From: Vicinamibacterales bacterium | GTDB taxonomy: Bacteria > Acidobacteriota > Vicinamibacteria > Vicinamibacterales > UBA2999 | Direction of reading: 5' to 3' | NCBI GenBank assembly: GCA_035293405.1 | Contig: DATDOE010000138.1 | Coordinates: forward strand, 46,462 to 110,461 | Length of the DNA: 64,000 bases | Part shown: positions 8,768 to 17,857 of the stretch, piece by piece | How the letters are laid out: the number at the start of each line of letters is the position of its first letter | Numbering within the stretch: the first letter of the stretch is position 1 | Program-made: the position numbers and the translations under genes | Notes under the pieces: model-generated | The model's input: only the letters and a program-made list of their open reading frames with translations | Databases searched by the model: none | What the model was told of the DNA's origin: nothing

Positions 8768-9775
8768 ATGCGCGCAACGCTCGGTGCTCTAACAGTCGCC
8801 GCCGCTCTGCTGACCGGATCATTTGTCGCTCACCCGAGGGCATCGACCGGACCCATCCCGCTCAACTGCGACCGGGCATGTCTCGAAGGCCTGATCGACC
8901 AGTATCTCGCCGCGGTCGTCGCCCACGATCCGAAGCGTCTGCCGCTCTCGGAAGACGTGGAGTACACCGAAAACTATCAGGTCCTTCCCGTCGGCGACGG
9001 GTTCTGGAAGACCGCACAAGGCGTCGGCAACTACAAGCACATCTTCGCCGACCCGGAATTCGGCCAGGTTGCCTTCATGGGGACGATGCGCGAAGCGAAC
9101 ACCACGCTCCTCATGAGCCTGCGCCTCCGGATCGAGCTCGGACGCATCACCGAGATCGAGTCGGTGTACTTCAAGCCCGGCGGAGGCGGACCGAACAACA
9201 TCGAGGGGATGGACAAGAGCGGCAAGGCGGAAGACATCTGGTTCAAGTCAATCCCGCCCGCTCAGCGACTGTCGCGGCAGCAGATGATCTCCATCGCCGA
9301 CGGCTACTTCACCGGCCTGCAGAAAAACGACGGCAAGGGCATCCAGGGTACGGGCACGTATCCGTTCACTCCTGATTGTCACCGCATCGAGAACGGATCC
9401 GCGACGACAAACGTTCCGCGGCCGCCGACTGAAAAGCCGGGCACCATCAATCTGTTCGCGATGGACTGCCTGTCGCAATTCAAGGCGGGCCTCTACTACG
9501 TCGTCCAGAACATCCACGGCCGGCGCTACCCGCTGGTGGATGCCGAGCGCGGGGTCGTCTGGGCGCACGTGGTCTTCGATCAAGGCACGGTGAACTCAGG
9601 AGTGCTCGCCGACGGCACCAAGCACAGCTACCCCGGCTTCAACCGGCCGGGCAGCATCCTCGTGACTGAAGCGTTCCTGATCGAGGGCGGCAAGATCCGC
9701 CGCGTCGAGATGATCGGACCCGCGGCGGTCTATCACATGAACTCGCCATGGCCGGGAGGTCTGAGCGGGAACTAG
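8768..9775 (+). CDS. Hypothetical secreted protein
   Basis: 335-aa ORF with signal MRATLGALTVAAALLTGSFVAHP. The amino-acid composition looks coding. No family recognised. Confidence 0.5.
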   Translation: MRATLGALTVAAALLTGSFVAHPRASTGPIPLNCDRACLEGLIDQYLAAVVAHDPKRLPLSEDVEYTENYQVLPVGDGFWKTAQGVGNYKHIFADPEFGQVAFMGTMREANTTLLMSLRLRIELGRITEIESVYFKPGGGGPNNIEGMDKSGKAEDIWFKSIPPAQRLSRQQMISIADGYFTGLQKNDGKGIQGTGTYPFTPDCHRIENGSATTNVPRPPTEKPGTINLFAMDCLSQFKAGLYYVVQNIHGRRYPLVDAERGVVWAHVVFDQGTVNSGVLADGTKHSYPGFNRPGSILVTEAFLIEGGKIRRVEMIGPAAVYHMNSPWPGGLSGN

Positions 9776-9783
9776 GAGAGGCT

Positions 9784-9815
9784 ACGTAGGCGCGTCCAAA
9801 AGGACGTGCCCTACG
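9784..9815. repeat. REP-like hairpin (acGTAGGCGCGTCCaaaaGGACGTGCCCTACg)
   Basis: Palindromic GTAG...CTAC element between convergent genes (stops at 9775 and 9824). Confidence 0.45.
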
Positions 9816-9823
9816 ACGTCGTT

Positions 9824-11161
9824 TCAACGAGCGACGTCGTTCTTCACCACGAATCCACCCTTCATCACGAACCGCACGTGCTGCAGCTCGCTGATGGTGG
9901 TCAGCGGGTTCCCGGCCACGGCGATGAGGTCGGCGAACTTCCCCTTCTCGACGCTCGCGATCTGATCGATCCAGTTGTAGTTCAGCATTGCCGCCGTCGG
10001 CAGGAAGGGCATCTTCAACGCTTCGACGGGCGTCATGCCCCATTTGAGAAAGTACGCGAACTGGTCCGCCTGCCTCCCGTGCGGAACGTCGGCTGACGTC
10101 GCGCCGCTTCCGAAGACAAACGGCACGCCCGCCGCGTGCGCTTTCCTAAACGCCTGCTCCGCCATCTTCACCCGGCTGTTTCTGCCGCCGGTCACCCGCA
10201 GGTCGCCGGCCTCGAGCGCAACCAGATCGTCGACGGTCAGCTCGAACGGCAGCTTCTTGGACAGGAGCAGCTTCAACGATGCATCGTCGAGATCGGTGAG
10301 ATGGTTCGGCGCGTCGACGCCGGCTTTCAGACAACTGAGCTGGCCCTCTCCGCCATAGGTGTGGCACGCGACCTTCAGCCCGAGCCGGTGGGCTTCGTCG
10401 ACGATGGCCATGACCTCCTCTTCGGTGAGTGACGGGCTGTTCACCAGCGTCCCGTCCGGCTTGAACACGCTGTACTCGTCGCCGACGAAGTCCTGGGTCG
10501 TGTAGATCTTGACCCAATCCACTCCATGCAGCTTCGCCTCGCGGACGGCCGCGCGCGCCAGCCACGGCGAGTTGGGATTCTTGCTCTCGGTGAAACGGTC
10601 CATGAACCGTTCGAAGAACGAGGGGTAGGGGCGGGCGGCGCGTTGATTGAGCGACTGCCCCACCACCTGCATGCGCGGCCCAAGCACCACGCCGCGGTTG
10701 ATCGCGTTCCGGAGGTCGACGGTGCCGAATCCTCCGCGCGAGTCCATGTCGAGCACGGTGGTGAAACCGGCATCGAGGTCCGCCTGCGCGTTGGCGACGG
10801 CGACGATCGTCCGCGTCGCCTCCGACAACTCGTCCGGCGGGTAGACGTGGACGTGCGCGTCGATCATGCCGGGCAGCACCGTCGCGCTGCTCAGATCGAT
10901 CACGCGAGCGTCCGCGGGAATCGCCACTGACGGTCCGACGTCGACGATCCGATCGCCGCGGATCAGCACGACCTGGTTCATGAGCATCGTGCCGGCGCGG
11001 CTGTCGAACAGACGGCCCGCACGAATGGCCACCACCTGCGCCGGCGGCGCGAGGAACTTCGCCGGGGCGCTCGCGATGCCGCCCTGGCTGCTCACGGCGC
11101 CCGAAAAACCTACCGCCACGAGGAGCCCTGTCAACGCCACCACCGACCATACGCGACGCAT
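9824..11161 (-). CDS. Amidohydrolase-family metal-dependent hydrolase, secreted
   Basis: 445 aa with a signal peptide. Motifs LPGMIDAHVHV, VACHTYG and a C-terminal GKFADLIAV, typical of imidazolonepropionase-like amidohydrolases. Confidence 0.8.
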   Translation of the reverse strand: MRRVWSVVALTGLLVAVGFSGAVSSQGGIASAPAKFLAPPAQVVAIRAGRLFDSRAGTMLMNQVVLIRGDRIVDVGPSVAIPADARVIDLSSATVLPGMIDAHVHVYPPDELSEATRTIVAVANAQADLDAGFTTVLDMDSRGGFGTVDLRNAINRGVVLGPRMQVVGQSLNQRAARPYPSFFERFMDRFTESKNPNSPWLARAAVREAKLHGVDWVKIYTTQDFVGDEYSVFKPDGTLVNSPSLTEEEVMAIVDEAHRLGLKVACHTYGGEGQLSCLKAGVDAPNHLTDLDDASLKLLLSKKLPFELTVDDLVALEAGDLRVTGGRNSRVKMAEQAFRKAHAAGVPFVFGSGATSADVPHGRQADQFAYFLKWGMTPVEALKMPFLPTAAMLNYNWIDQIASVEKGKFADLIAVAGNPLTTISELQHVRFVMKGGFVVKNDVAR

Positions 11162-11184
11162 CGGTCCTCCTTCTCGACACAGCT

Positions 11185-11217
11185 CGTAGCTGGTAGCCGG
11201 CAGCTCGTAGCGGTCGG
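11185..11217. repeat. Heptamer-type array (GTAGCYG units, reverse complement of CTACCGG) with an 11-nt direct repeat cagctcgtagc
   Basis: cgtagctggtagccggcagctcgtagcggtcgg, between the start of the amidohydrolase gene (11161) and the stop of the M14 gene (11222). Confidence 0.5.
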
Positions 11218-11221
11218 TTGT

Positions 11222-13948
11222 CTACTGAATTCTGGTCGCCACTGCCTTCCCGTAATAGATCCCGTTGAAGAGAAACTTGAACGTGCCGTGGGGCTGCGCG
11301 CGGAAGTTGATCTCAGGTCCAAAGAGCAGCACGCGGCCGCGCCCGAGCGGGGTGTCAACGACGGCAACTCCGCCGTCGAGATATCGCTGGCCCCAGGCCC
11401 ATCCGCTGCGCAACGGCGCTGCGCTGGCAAACCACGCCACCCGGCGAGTGTCCTTGCCCGCGTCGGCGGCAAGACGGAACACCGGACTGTTGTCGAAGAA
11501 CACGTCCACGTCAGGCTCGAACCCGTATCCGAGGGGCGTCGTATTGTCCACGCGCACACGCAGGAGCGAGCCGGGAATGTAGTACTGCTCGCGCGTCAGC
11601 GGCCGCGCCCCGTCGGAACCGGTCTCGACAAGCGCGCTCGACACCGGCAGACCGAGCGCCGCGGCAATCGACGTCGACCCTCCGATCGCAACGAGGGTCC
11701 CTCCGTCTTCGACAAACTGTTTCAGCTGTGGAAGTGTTCGCGCGCGCGAGATGACGCCGGTCGTCCCGCGATACTCGGGTGGCAGACGATCCGGCACTGG
11801 CGCCTCGTCCAACCCACGAGAGAGCACGGCCTCGCTCGTGAGGACGATCACGTCAAAGCGGCTCGCCAGGCTCCCGGAATCGAGCGTTTGCGCGTACACG
11901 ACCTCGAATGGAAACTCATAGCGCTCGAGCATCCACCGCGTCCACCCGCTCGGGCTCGATCCGCCGTAGCGATCCCAGAGGCCGATGCGGACCGGTCTCA
12001 GCTTGAGACCATCGCCTGGCGGTGGCGCACTCACCCCGATGAACGTGAGGCCCACATCGATAGCGGCCTTCTGCAGGACGGCGAGCGTCGATGGCCTCGC
12101 GGTCACGTACATCGCGCCCGTGCCGTTCGCTCCGCCGCCGGTGGCGCGATCGACGGGCCAATACACCTCCTCGCCGGCTTTCATCAGCCGGTTGACGGCG
12201 ATGAAGGCGTCGTTCTGGTGGTGGCTCAGGAGATACCCGGCGGGGCTGGCGGGGCCGATCACGCGCCCAGCGGGATGCGACACGGCCGTCAACTTTTCGA
12301 ACGGCCCATCGAAGCCCTCGAGCAGGCGATCGAACTTGACGCCCATCTGCAACGCCAGAGTCCATCCGGCGCTGTCGTAGGGCGGCGTCGGTGGACCGCC
12401 CGGATACGGGATGTCGTCGGGATGATCCTGAGGCTCGAACATGTCGAGCACGTGAGGACGGAATGCCTGCGCCGTCTTCACGACGTACGAGCCCGCGGGG
12501 TAGCTTCGGCCATTGACCGCGAATGCCGTCGTGGCGCGATGCACCGTGATGCCGGTCTTGATCAGCGCGTCAACGAATTTCGTCGCGGTCAGGAAGTCAG
12601 GCTGATCTGACGGCAGGACGTAGCCGCGCGGGTCGCGGAACTGTGGCGCACGCAGTTGCTGCTCGTACAGACGCTGCGCAGCCGCGCCGCGCCCGCCGGC
12701 CGGCACTTTCACCCCCTCAAGACGATGGGGAGAGATGGTCCACGAATCCTGGCTTCCGCGCCGAATGCTGTTCTGCCCCATGCGGTAGACGTTGAACAGC
12801 AGCGTTTCCCGAAAGCGCGAGGCCACGTCGATCACCGCGCGGTTCGCGGTGACCGAGTACTCGATCGACTGGCGGAAGCGCCACCGCTGCGGCGCGATCG
12901 GATACGGGAGGTCGGCGCTCGGCAACTGCCGGTCGGGCACGAACGGGATCTCGGTTGGCGTGGGGCTGCCAATGGTTTCCGTCAGCAGCCCAATCTGATT
13001 GTGAAAGTACGCCGTCGTCCGCAAGCCGCCGTTCCACCACGTCGAATACGTGGATCCGGTCCTCATCGTCACGCCCGGCTTGGCCTCGAGCGCGAACCGC
13101 GCGTGCATCGCGGCGCCGACGAGATCGATGCCGACCGGGATCAGCGGATCGAGCACGTAGTTGAACGGATCGCGGAAGGGCGGGGCGAACATCACCGTCC
13201 CGGCAGGACCGGTCTGGTGGTGGTCGTAGACGATCTGCGGGAACCACTCCCGGTACAGGATGCGGTTGATGTTGATCGTCTCGGCCTGGCTGGCCAGATA
13301 GAAGTCGCGGTTGTTGTCGTGGCCGATGTACTTCTGGTACGCGCGTGGAATGCCGGCCAGCGTGCGGAGTGACGGATCCTTCTCGCGCATATACCAGTTG
13401 GCCACCAGCTCGTGACCATCCGGGTTGGCGTCAACGGCCAGCACGATCACGTCGCGAAGGAACCTCAGGGTTTCTCCATCCGAGCGGCTGACCAGCTGAT
13501 AAATCGTTTCGATCAACTGTTGTGCGCCCAGCACCTCGTTCGCGTGCAGGCCGCCGTTGATCCACACCACCGCCTTGCCTTCGGCGGCCAATGCGCGCGC
13601 CTGGGCATCGGTCAGCCCCTCCGCGAGCGAGAGCCGCCTCGAGATCTCCTTGTATCGCTCGAGCTGCTTCAGATTCTCCGGCGACGAGACGATCGCCATC
13701 CACTGGCGGCGGCCTTCCTCCGTCCGGCCGATGTCCACGACCTGCATGCGATCGGATTCGCGATCGAGCGTCTTCCAGTAGTCCTCGAGCTGCGTATACG
13801 TGGCGAGGAAATAGTCGTCGCCAATCGCGGCGCCGAACTGCCGCTGCGGCGTGGTAATCGACGCGACCTGCTGTGTGCGCGCCTGAGGCGCGGGGAGCAG
13901 GGCGAGCATCAGGACGATGAAGGCGCGAGTCCTGGTCAACACCGGCAT
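11222..13948 (-). CDS. M14-family zinc carboxypeptidase-like protein (large, secreted)
   Basis: 908 aa with a signal peptide. HANEVLGAQ (HxxE zinc motif) lies in an M14-like N-terminal domain, followed by a long C-terminal extension. Confidence 0.75.
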   Translation of the reverse strand: MPVLTRTRAFIVLMLALLPAPQARTQQVASITTPQRQFGAAIGDDYFLATYTQLEDYWKTLDRESDRMQVVDIGRTEEGRRQWMAIVSSPENLKQLERYKEISRRLSLAEGLTDAQARALAAEGKAVVWINGGLHANEVLGAQQLIETIYQLVSRSDGETLRFLRDVIVLAVDANPDGHELVANWYMREKDPSLRTLAGIPRAYQKYIGHDNNRDFYLASQAETININRILYREWFPQIVYDHHQTGPAGTVMFAPPFRDPFNYVLDPLIPVGIDLVGAAMHARFALEAKPGVTMRTGSTYSTWWNGGLRTTAYFHNQIGLLTETIGSPTPTEIPFVPDRQLPSADLPYPIAPQRWRFRQSIEYSVTANRAVIDVASRFRETLLFNVYRMGQNSIRRGSQDSWTISPHRLEGVKVPAGGRGAAAQRLYEQQLRAPQFRDPRGYVLPSDQPDFLTATKFVDALIKTGITVHRATTAFAVNGRSYPAGSYVVKTAQAFRPHVLDMFEPQDHPDDIPYPGGPPTPPYDSAGWTLALQMGVKFDRLLEGFDGPFEKLTAVSHPAGRVIGPASPAGYLLSHHQNDAFIAVNRLMKAGEEVYWPVDRATGGGANGTGAMYVTARPSTLAVLQKAAIDVGLTFIGVSAPPPGDGLKLRPVRIGLWDRYGGSSPSGWTRWMLERYEFPFEVVYAQTLDSGSLASRFDVIVLTSEAVLSRGLDEAPVPDRLPPEYRGTTGVISRARTLPQLKQFVEDGGTLVAIGGSTSIAAALGLPVSSALVETGSDGARPLTREQYYIPGSLLRVRVDNTTPLGYGFEPDVDVFFDNSPVFRLAADAGKDTRRVAWFASAAPLRSGWAWGQRYLDGGVAVVDTPLGRGRVLLFGPEINFRAQPHGTFKFLFNGIYYGKAVATRIQ

Positions 13949-14781
13949 CAGCTCCTGACCATGATCGCCCTGGTATAGAGCACCTGGAATCTGAAGCGCT
14001 CGAACGTGCGCTGCGAGATGCTTCCAGGCTCGACGGTCGCGATGGCGAGGTCCGCCTGTCCGACGGCTTCCTGCAGCGCCCGCGCCACGATGGCGGCCTG
14101 CACGCCCCGGCGCCGGTATGCCGGTCGAGTGGCGGTGCCGAAAATGCCGAGCACTCCGCGAAGGATCACGCTGGCCGCGGCGCCGGCCGGCTCGCCGTTC
14201 ACGCGCACGAGGTAGCGAACGGTATCGGGATGGACGAACTGGCGCATGATCACGCCGAGCGACTCGACCACTTCGGCGTCCGGCGCCTCCGGCGCCAGCA
14301 CGGAGTCGGGCACGGCAAAGCCCTCGGACGTCGCCCGCAGCCAGACGTCTTCATCAGCATTCCCGGTGAGCACATCCACACGAAGTCCGTTGCCCGGAGA
14401 CACGTCCACCGGCAGGGCGCATGCCAGCTGGTTCTCGAAGCCTTTGAGCACGTAGTCCCGGGCCTGCAGCTTGGCCACCAGGTCGATGGAGACGAGTGGG
14501 CACAGTTCGATCTGTATGGGGCACTCACGCTCATCGTAGAAGAGCTCGATCGCATCGAGATCCGCGTCCGTCACGGTGACGCCCAGGCCCAGGCCGAGCA
14601 CCTTGTTCATCGGCGAGCCAAGCACACCGCAGACGGCCTTGCCACCCGCTACCTCAATCGACGCGGCCCCGCCTGGCTGGCCGACGCCCGCGCCGACCGC
14701 GCAGAAATCGATCTCGGTACGTTCTATGCGCTGCGCCAGCGCAACAGTCGCCTGTAACACGGGTGATATCTTACCGGCCAA
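13948..14781 (-). CDS. GNAT-family N-acetyltransferase
   Basis: 277 aa with acetyl-CoA motif RPAYRRRGVQAAIVARAL. The stop overlaps the M14 start (TGATG). Confidence 0.7.
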   Translation of the reverse strand: MAGKISPVLQATVALAQRIERTEIDFCAVGAGVGQPGGAASIEVAGGKAVCGVLGSPMNKVLGLGLGVTVTDADLDAIELFYDERECPIQIELCPLVSIDLVAKLQARDYVLKGFENQLACALPVDVSPGNGLRVDVLTGNADEDVWLRATSEGFAVPDSVLAPEAPDAEVVESLGVIMRQFVHPDTVRYLVRVNGEPAGAAASVILRGVLGIFGTATRPAYRRRGVQAAIVARALQEAVGQADLAIATVEPGSISQRTFERFRFQVLYTRAIMVRS

Positions 14782-14807
14782 CTCATTTTGGGAGTTGGGA
14801 GTTCCGA

Positions 14808-15557
14808 TTGAAGATAGCGACGTGGAACGTGAACGGCATCCGCGCCCGGCAGGCGCAGGTGCAGGAGTTCATGGAGCGCGAGCAGCCCGACGTCCTCTGC
14901 CTGCAGGAGATCAAGGCGTCGCTCGATCAGCTGCCGTTGTGGCTCTGCGACATCGAGGGGTACTGGTGCTACTGGCACGGCGATAAGGGCTACTCGGGCG
15001 TGGCCTTGCACGTGCGAAAGGCCGCCGTTCCCGAGCGGCCCGCGTTTCACCATCCCGATTTCGACTACGAGCGCCGCATCGTCACCGTGCGGCTGCCATC
15101 GGTAACGGTGGCCTCGATCTACGTTCCCAACGGCGGCAAGGACTTCGACGCGAAGATGCGATTCCTGGAAGCCATGGACGCCTACGCCGCCGAGTGTCAG
15201 GCCTCGAACACACCGCTCATCCTGTGTGGTGACTTGAACGTCGCCCGTAGCGAGATGGATCTGCATCCCAAGGAACGTAAGCCCGGCATCATCGGGCAGC
15301 GTCCTGACGAGCGAGCGCTGATCGAGCGGATTCTGAGCCGTGGCCTGGTTGACGTCCATCGCACGCTCGATCCCGACAACGCCGATCTCTTCACGTGGTG
15401 GGCGCCATGGCGCAACATGAAGGCGCGCAATATCGGCTGGCGGCTCGACTACGTGTTCGCCAGCGAGGCGATCGCGGCACGCGCCTCGTCGTGCATCGTG
15501 CAGCGCGAGTTCGGCACGAGCGACCACGGACCGGTCATCGCGGTCTTCGAACCCTGA
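14808..15557 (+). CDS. xth: Exodeoxyribonuclease III
   Basis: (L)KIATWNVNGIRAR...DVLCLQEIK...WRLDY...SDHGPV. TTG 14808 is preceded by gggag; the ORF-track start at 14763 adds 15 non-conserved residues. Confidence 0.9.
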   Translation: MKIATWNVNGIRARQAQVQEFMEREQPDVLCLQEIKASLDQLPLWLCDIEGYWCYWHGDKGYSGVALHVRKAAVPERPAFHHPDFDYERRIVTVRLPSVTVASIYVPNGGKDFDAKMRFLEAMDAYAAECQASNTPLILCGDLNVARSEMDLHPKERKPGIIGQRPDERALIERILSRGLVDVHRTLDPDNADLFTWWAPWRNMKARNIGWRLDYVFASEAIAARASSCIVQREFGTSDHGPVIAVFEP

Positions 15558-15567
15558 GTTCCGGCGT

Positions 15568-16689
15568 TCACGCCTCCACCGACGACCAGCCCCTGGCGAG
15601 ATCCTCGCCGACGGCGAGGTGATTCAGCGCGAAGTCGGCGCTGCGAAAGGCTTCGCGCAGCCGATCCGCATCGAGACGCCGCCCCGCGTTTCTGCACTGT
15701 CGCGCCGACTCCACGCGCACGAGCGCCAGGGCCACCTCCAGGCCTCGCACGATCGTCTTGACGCCGCGTCCCTGATACGCGGTCCACGACGCGAACGCCT
15801 TGGCGGCGAGATAGCGATTCACCGGCGCACGGAAGTCGTCCCACACCGGGCGCACATAGGCGACCATCGCATCCTCGAGGCCGTTTTCGTCGGCCACAGG
15901 CTTCAGATCGTCAGGCACCGCCGCCATGACCTCGGCGTGCAGATCGAGGCTGGTGCCGAGCGTGTCGATCGGCGGTGCCGCCACCTCCTCACTCGGCAGC
16001 TCCGCGACGGCGTGCGCGAGCGGCATCGCTCCCGGCCTCCACTTGCGTAACAGCGCCGCATCCCGCACCAGCGTGGCCAGCGTTGACTCCGGCCGTGCGT
16101 TGATCCTGGCGCACCGCGCGACCATGTGGCGTTCCCAGGCCGAGTACCCGTCGAGATCCATCAGCGTGCGCGGCGTCAGCAGCGGCGGCAGATCGTGAGC
16201 GGTGACGACGAGCCCCTCGTAGTCAGCCTCCGGAAACGCGGCTGGCTGCGAGACGATCTCGACCGGCCGATCGAGAAACAACATCGAGGCGGCCGTCGGA
16301 CAGAAATGCGAGAGCGTGATGAACGTGCCGCGCAAATCCCGGACGGCCACGCGCGGAAAATGGCGGCACGTCGCCGGCAGCAACGGCTCGCCGAGATCGC
16401 GATGCACGATGCACAGCTTCGATCCGCGCTCGAAGAAGACGCAGTGCCCATCCTGGTCGCGATCGAGCATCGCCGCCGCGCCGTCCGGAAGATCCGGCTC
16501 GACGACGAACGGGTCGACGGAGGCAGCGGAGGCCGCCACGCGCAGACGGCCCCCCGAGACCGCTTCGCTCAACGAGCGGTATACGGGAATCTCGACAGGA
16601 ACGTCCCAGTCCGCCGTGCAGCACGCGCCGGAGTGCCGGCACTGATAATCCGCGTGAAAACCAAGCGCGTACACACCCGTTGAACTCAT
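15568..16689 (-). CDS. Cys-rich YkgJ/FliB-like domain protein (function unknown)
   Basis: 373 aa. The N-terminus YQCRHSGACCTADWDVPVE resembles the CxxxxxCC motif of flagellin lysine-N-methylase (FliB)/UPF0153 proteins. Assignment is by motif only. Confidence 0.45.
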   Translation of the reverse strand: MSSTGVYALGFHADYQCRHSGACCTADWDVPVEIPVYRSLSEAVSGGRLRVAASAASVDPFVVEPDLPDGAAAMLDRDQDGHCVFFERGSKLCIVHRDLGEPLLPATCRHFPRVAVRDLRGTFITLSHFCPTAASMLFLDRPVEIVSQPAAFPEADYEGLVVTAHDLPPLLTPRTLMDLDGYSAWERHMVARCARINARPESTLATLVRDAALLRKWRPGAMPLAHAVAELPSEEVAAPPIDTLGTSLDLHAEVMAAVPDDLKPVADENGLEDAMVAYVRPVWDDFRAPVNRYLAAKAFASWTAYQGRGVKTIVRGLEVALALVRVESARQCRNAGRRLDADRLREAFRSADFALNHLAVGEDLARGWSSVEA

Positions 16690-16803
16690 TGACCCTCTTG
16701 ATGTTAGCGTCCCGTACAGAAGTATTACAGTCCAGCCTCTGTAGCCTTGCTATCGTTTGGGCGATTCATAAGACAGGAAGAAGCAGGAGGACACATTACG
16801 CCA

Positions 16804-17685
16804 ATGGCGACACCCACGCTCATGTACGGACGCAAACACCAGCAAGGCCTGAATTGGATTACCGCCATCGCGATGACGGGTTTTCACATCGGGGCCGTCG
16901 CCGCCCTCTTCTTCATCGACTACGGCGCGATGCTGGCCGCACTGATCCTGTACTACGCGGGAGGCATGCTCGGTATCGGGATGTCGTACCACCGCCTGCT
17001 GACGCATCGCAGTTACAGGACGCCCAAATGGGTGGAGTACTTCCTGACGATCTGCGGCACGCTCGCCCTCGAAGGCGGACCGATCTTCTGGGTCGCCACG
17101 CACCGCATCCACCATCAGAAGTCCGATCACGAAGGCGATCCGCACACGCCGCGTGAAGGCAGGTTCTGGGCGCACATGGGTTGGATTCTCATGGGCGAAG
17201 GGCTGCACCACGATGCGTCGGTGCTGGCCCGCTACGCTCCCGATTTGAGCCGCGACAGGTTCCACGTCTGGCTGTCCAATTGGCACTGGGTGACCAACGT
17301 CGTCGTCGGCCTCGCGCTGCTGGCCTTCGGCGGCATTCCCTACGTCCTCTGGGGCATCTTCTTCCGCACGACCTTCGGCCTCCACGCGACCTGGCTGGTG
17401 AACTCCGCGACGCACCTCTGGGGCTCGCGCCGGTTCAAGACCAAGGACGATTCCACGAACAACTGGTGGGTGGCACTCCTCACGTTTGGCGAGGGCTGGC
17501 ACAACAACCATCACGCGCACCCGACCAGCGCGCGTCACGGTCTCGCCTGGTACGAGCTCGATCAGAACTGGATCGGCATTCGCACGCTGCAGCTGCTCGG
17601 CCTCGCCTGGGACGTCAAGGTCGCGAAGATCAAGCAGGCACTGCCCGAGGAAGCGGTCTTGGATCCGGACGAAGCGGTCGCGTAG
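16804..17685 (+). CDS. Acyl-CoA (delta-9 type) fatty-acid desaturase
   Basis: Three His boxes: HRLLTHRSY, HRIHHQKSD, GEGWHNNHHAHP. Start taken at ATG 16804 (MATPTLMYG); the ORF-track TTG at 16747 is possible. Confidence 0.85.
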   Translation: MATPTLMYGRKHQQGLNWITAIAMTGFHIGAVAALFFIDYGAMLAALILYYAGGMLGIGMSYHRLLTHRSYRTPKWVEYFLTICGTLALEGGPIFWVATHRIHHQKSDHEGDPHTPREGRFWAHMGWILMGEGLHHDASVLARYAPDLSRDRFHVWLSNWHWVTNVVVGLALLAFGGIPYVLWGIFFRTTFGLHATWLVNSATHLWGSRRFKTKDDSTNNWWVALLTFGEGWHNNHHAHPTSARHGLAWYELDQNWIGIRTLQLLGLAWDVKVAKIKQALPEEAVLDPDEAVA

Positions 17686-17696
17686 CTGCGCGGCGT

Positions 17697-17845
17697 AATT
17701 CAAAATTCAAGATTCAAAATTCAAAGACGCAGACCGGCGGCGGTTTTCGGCCGAACGGGGTGAAAAGCGCACGCTTTTCGCCCCGTTGCTACGTCCGGGC
17801 TCCGTTTGCATTTTGAATTTTGCATCTTGAATTTTGCATTTTGAC
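17697..17845. repeat. Inverted heptamer arrays (AATTCAA)n / (TTTGMAT)n flanking a 16-bp-stem hairpin
   Basis: Left array 17697-17726 is aattcaaaattcaagattcaaaattcaaag. Right array 17805-17845 is tttgcattttgaattttgcatcttgaattttgcattttgac. The central hairpin at 17754-17787 is aacggggtgaaaagcg-ca-cgcttttcgccccgtt. Confidence 0.7.
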
Positions 17846-17857
17846 TAGAATCTCCCT

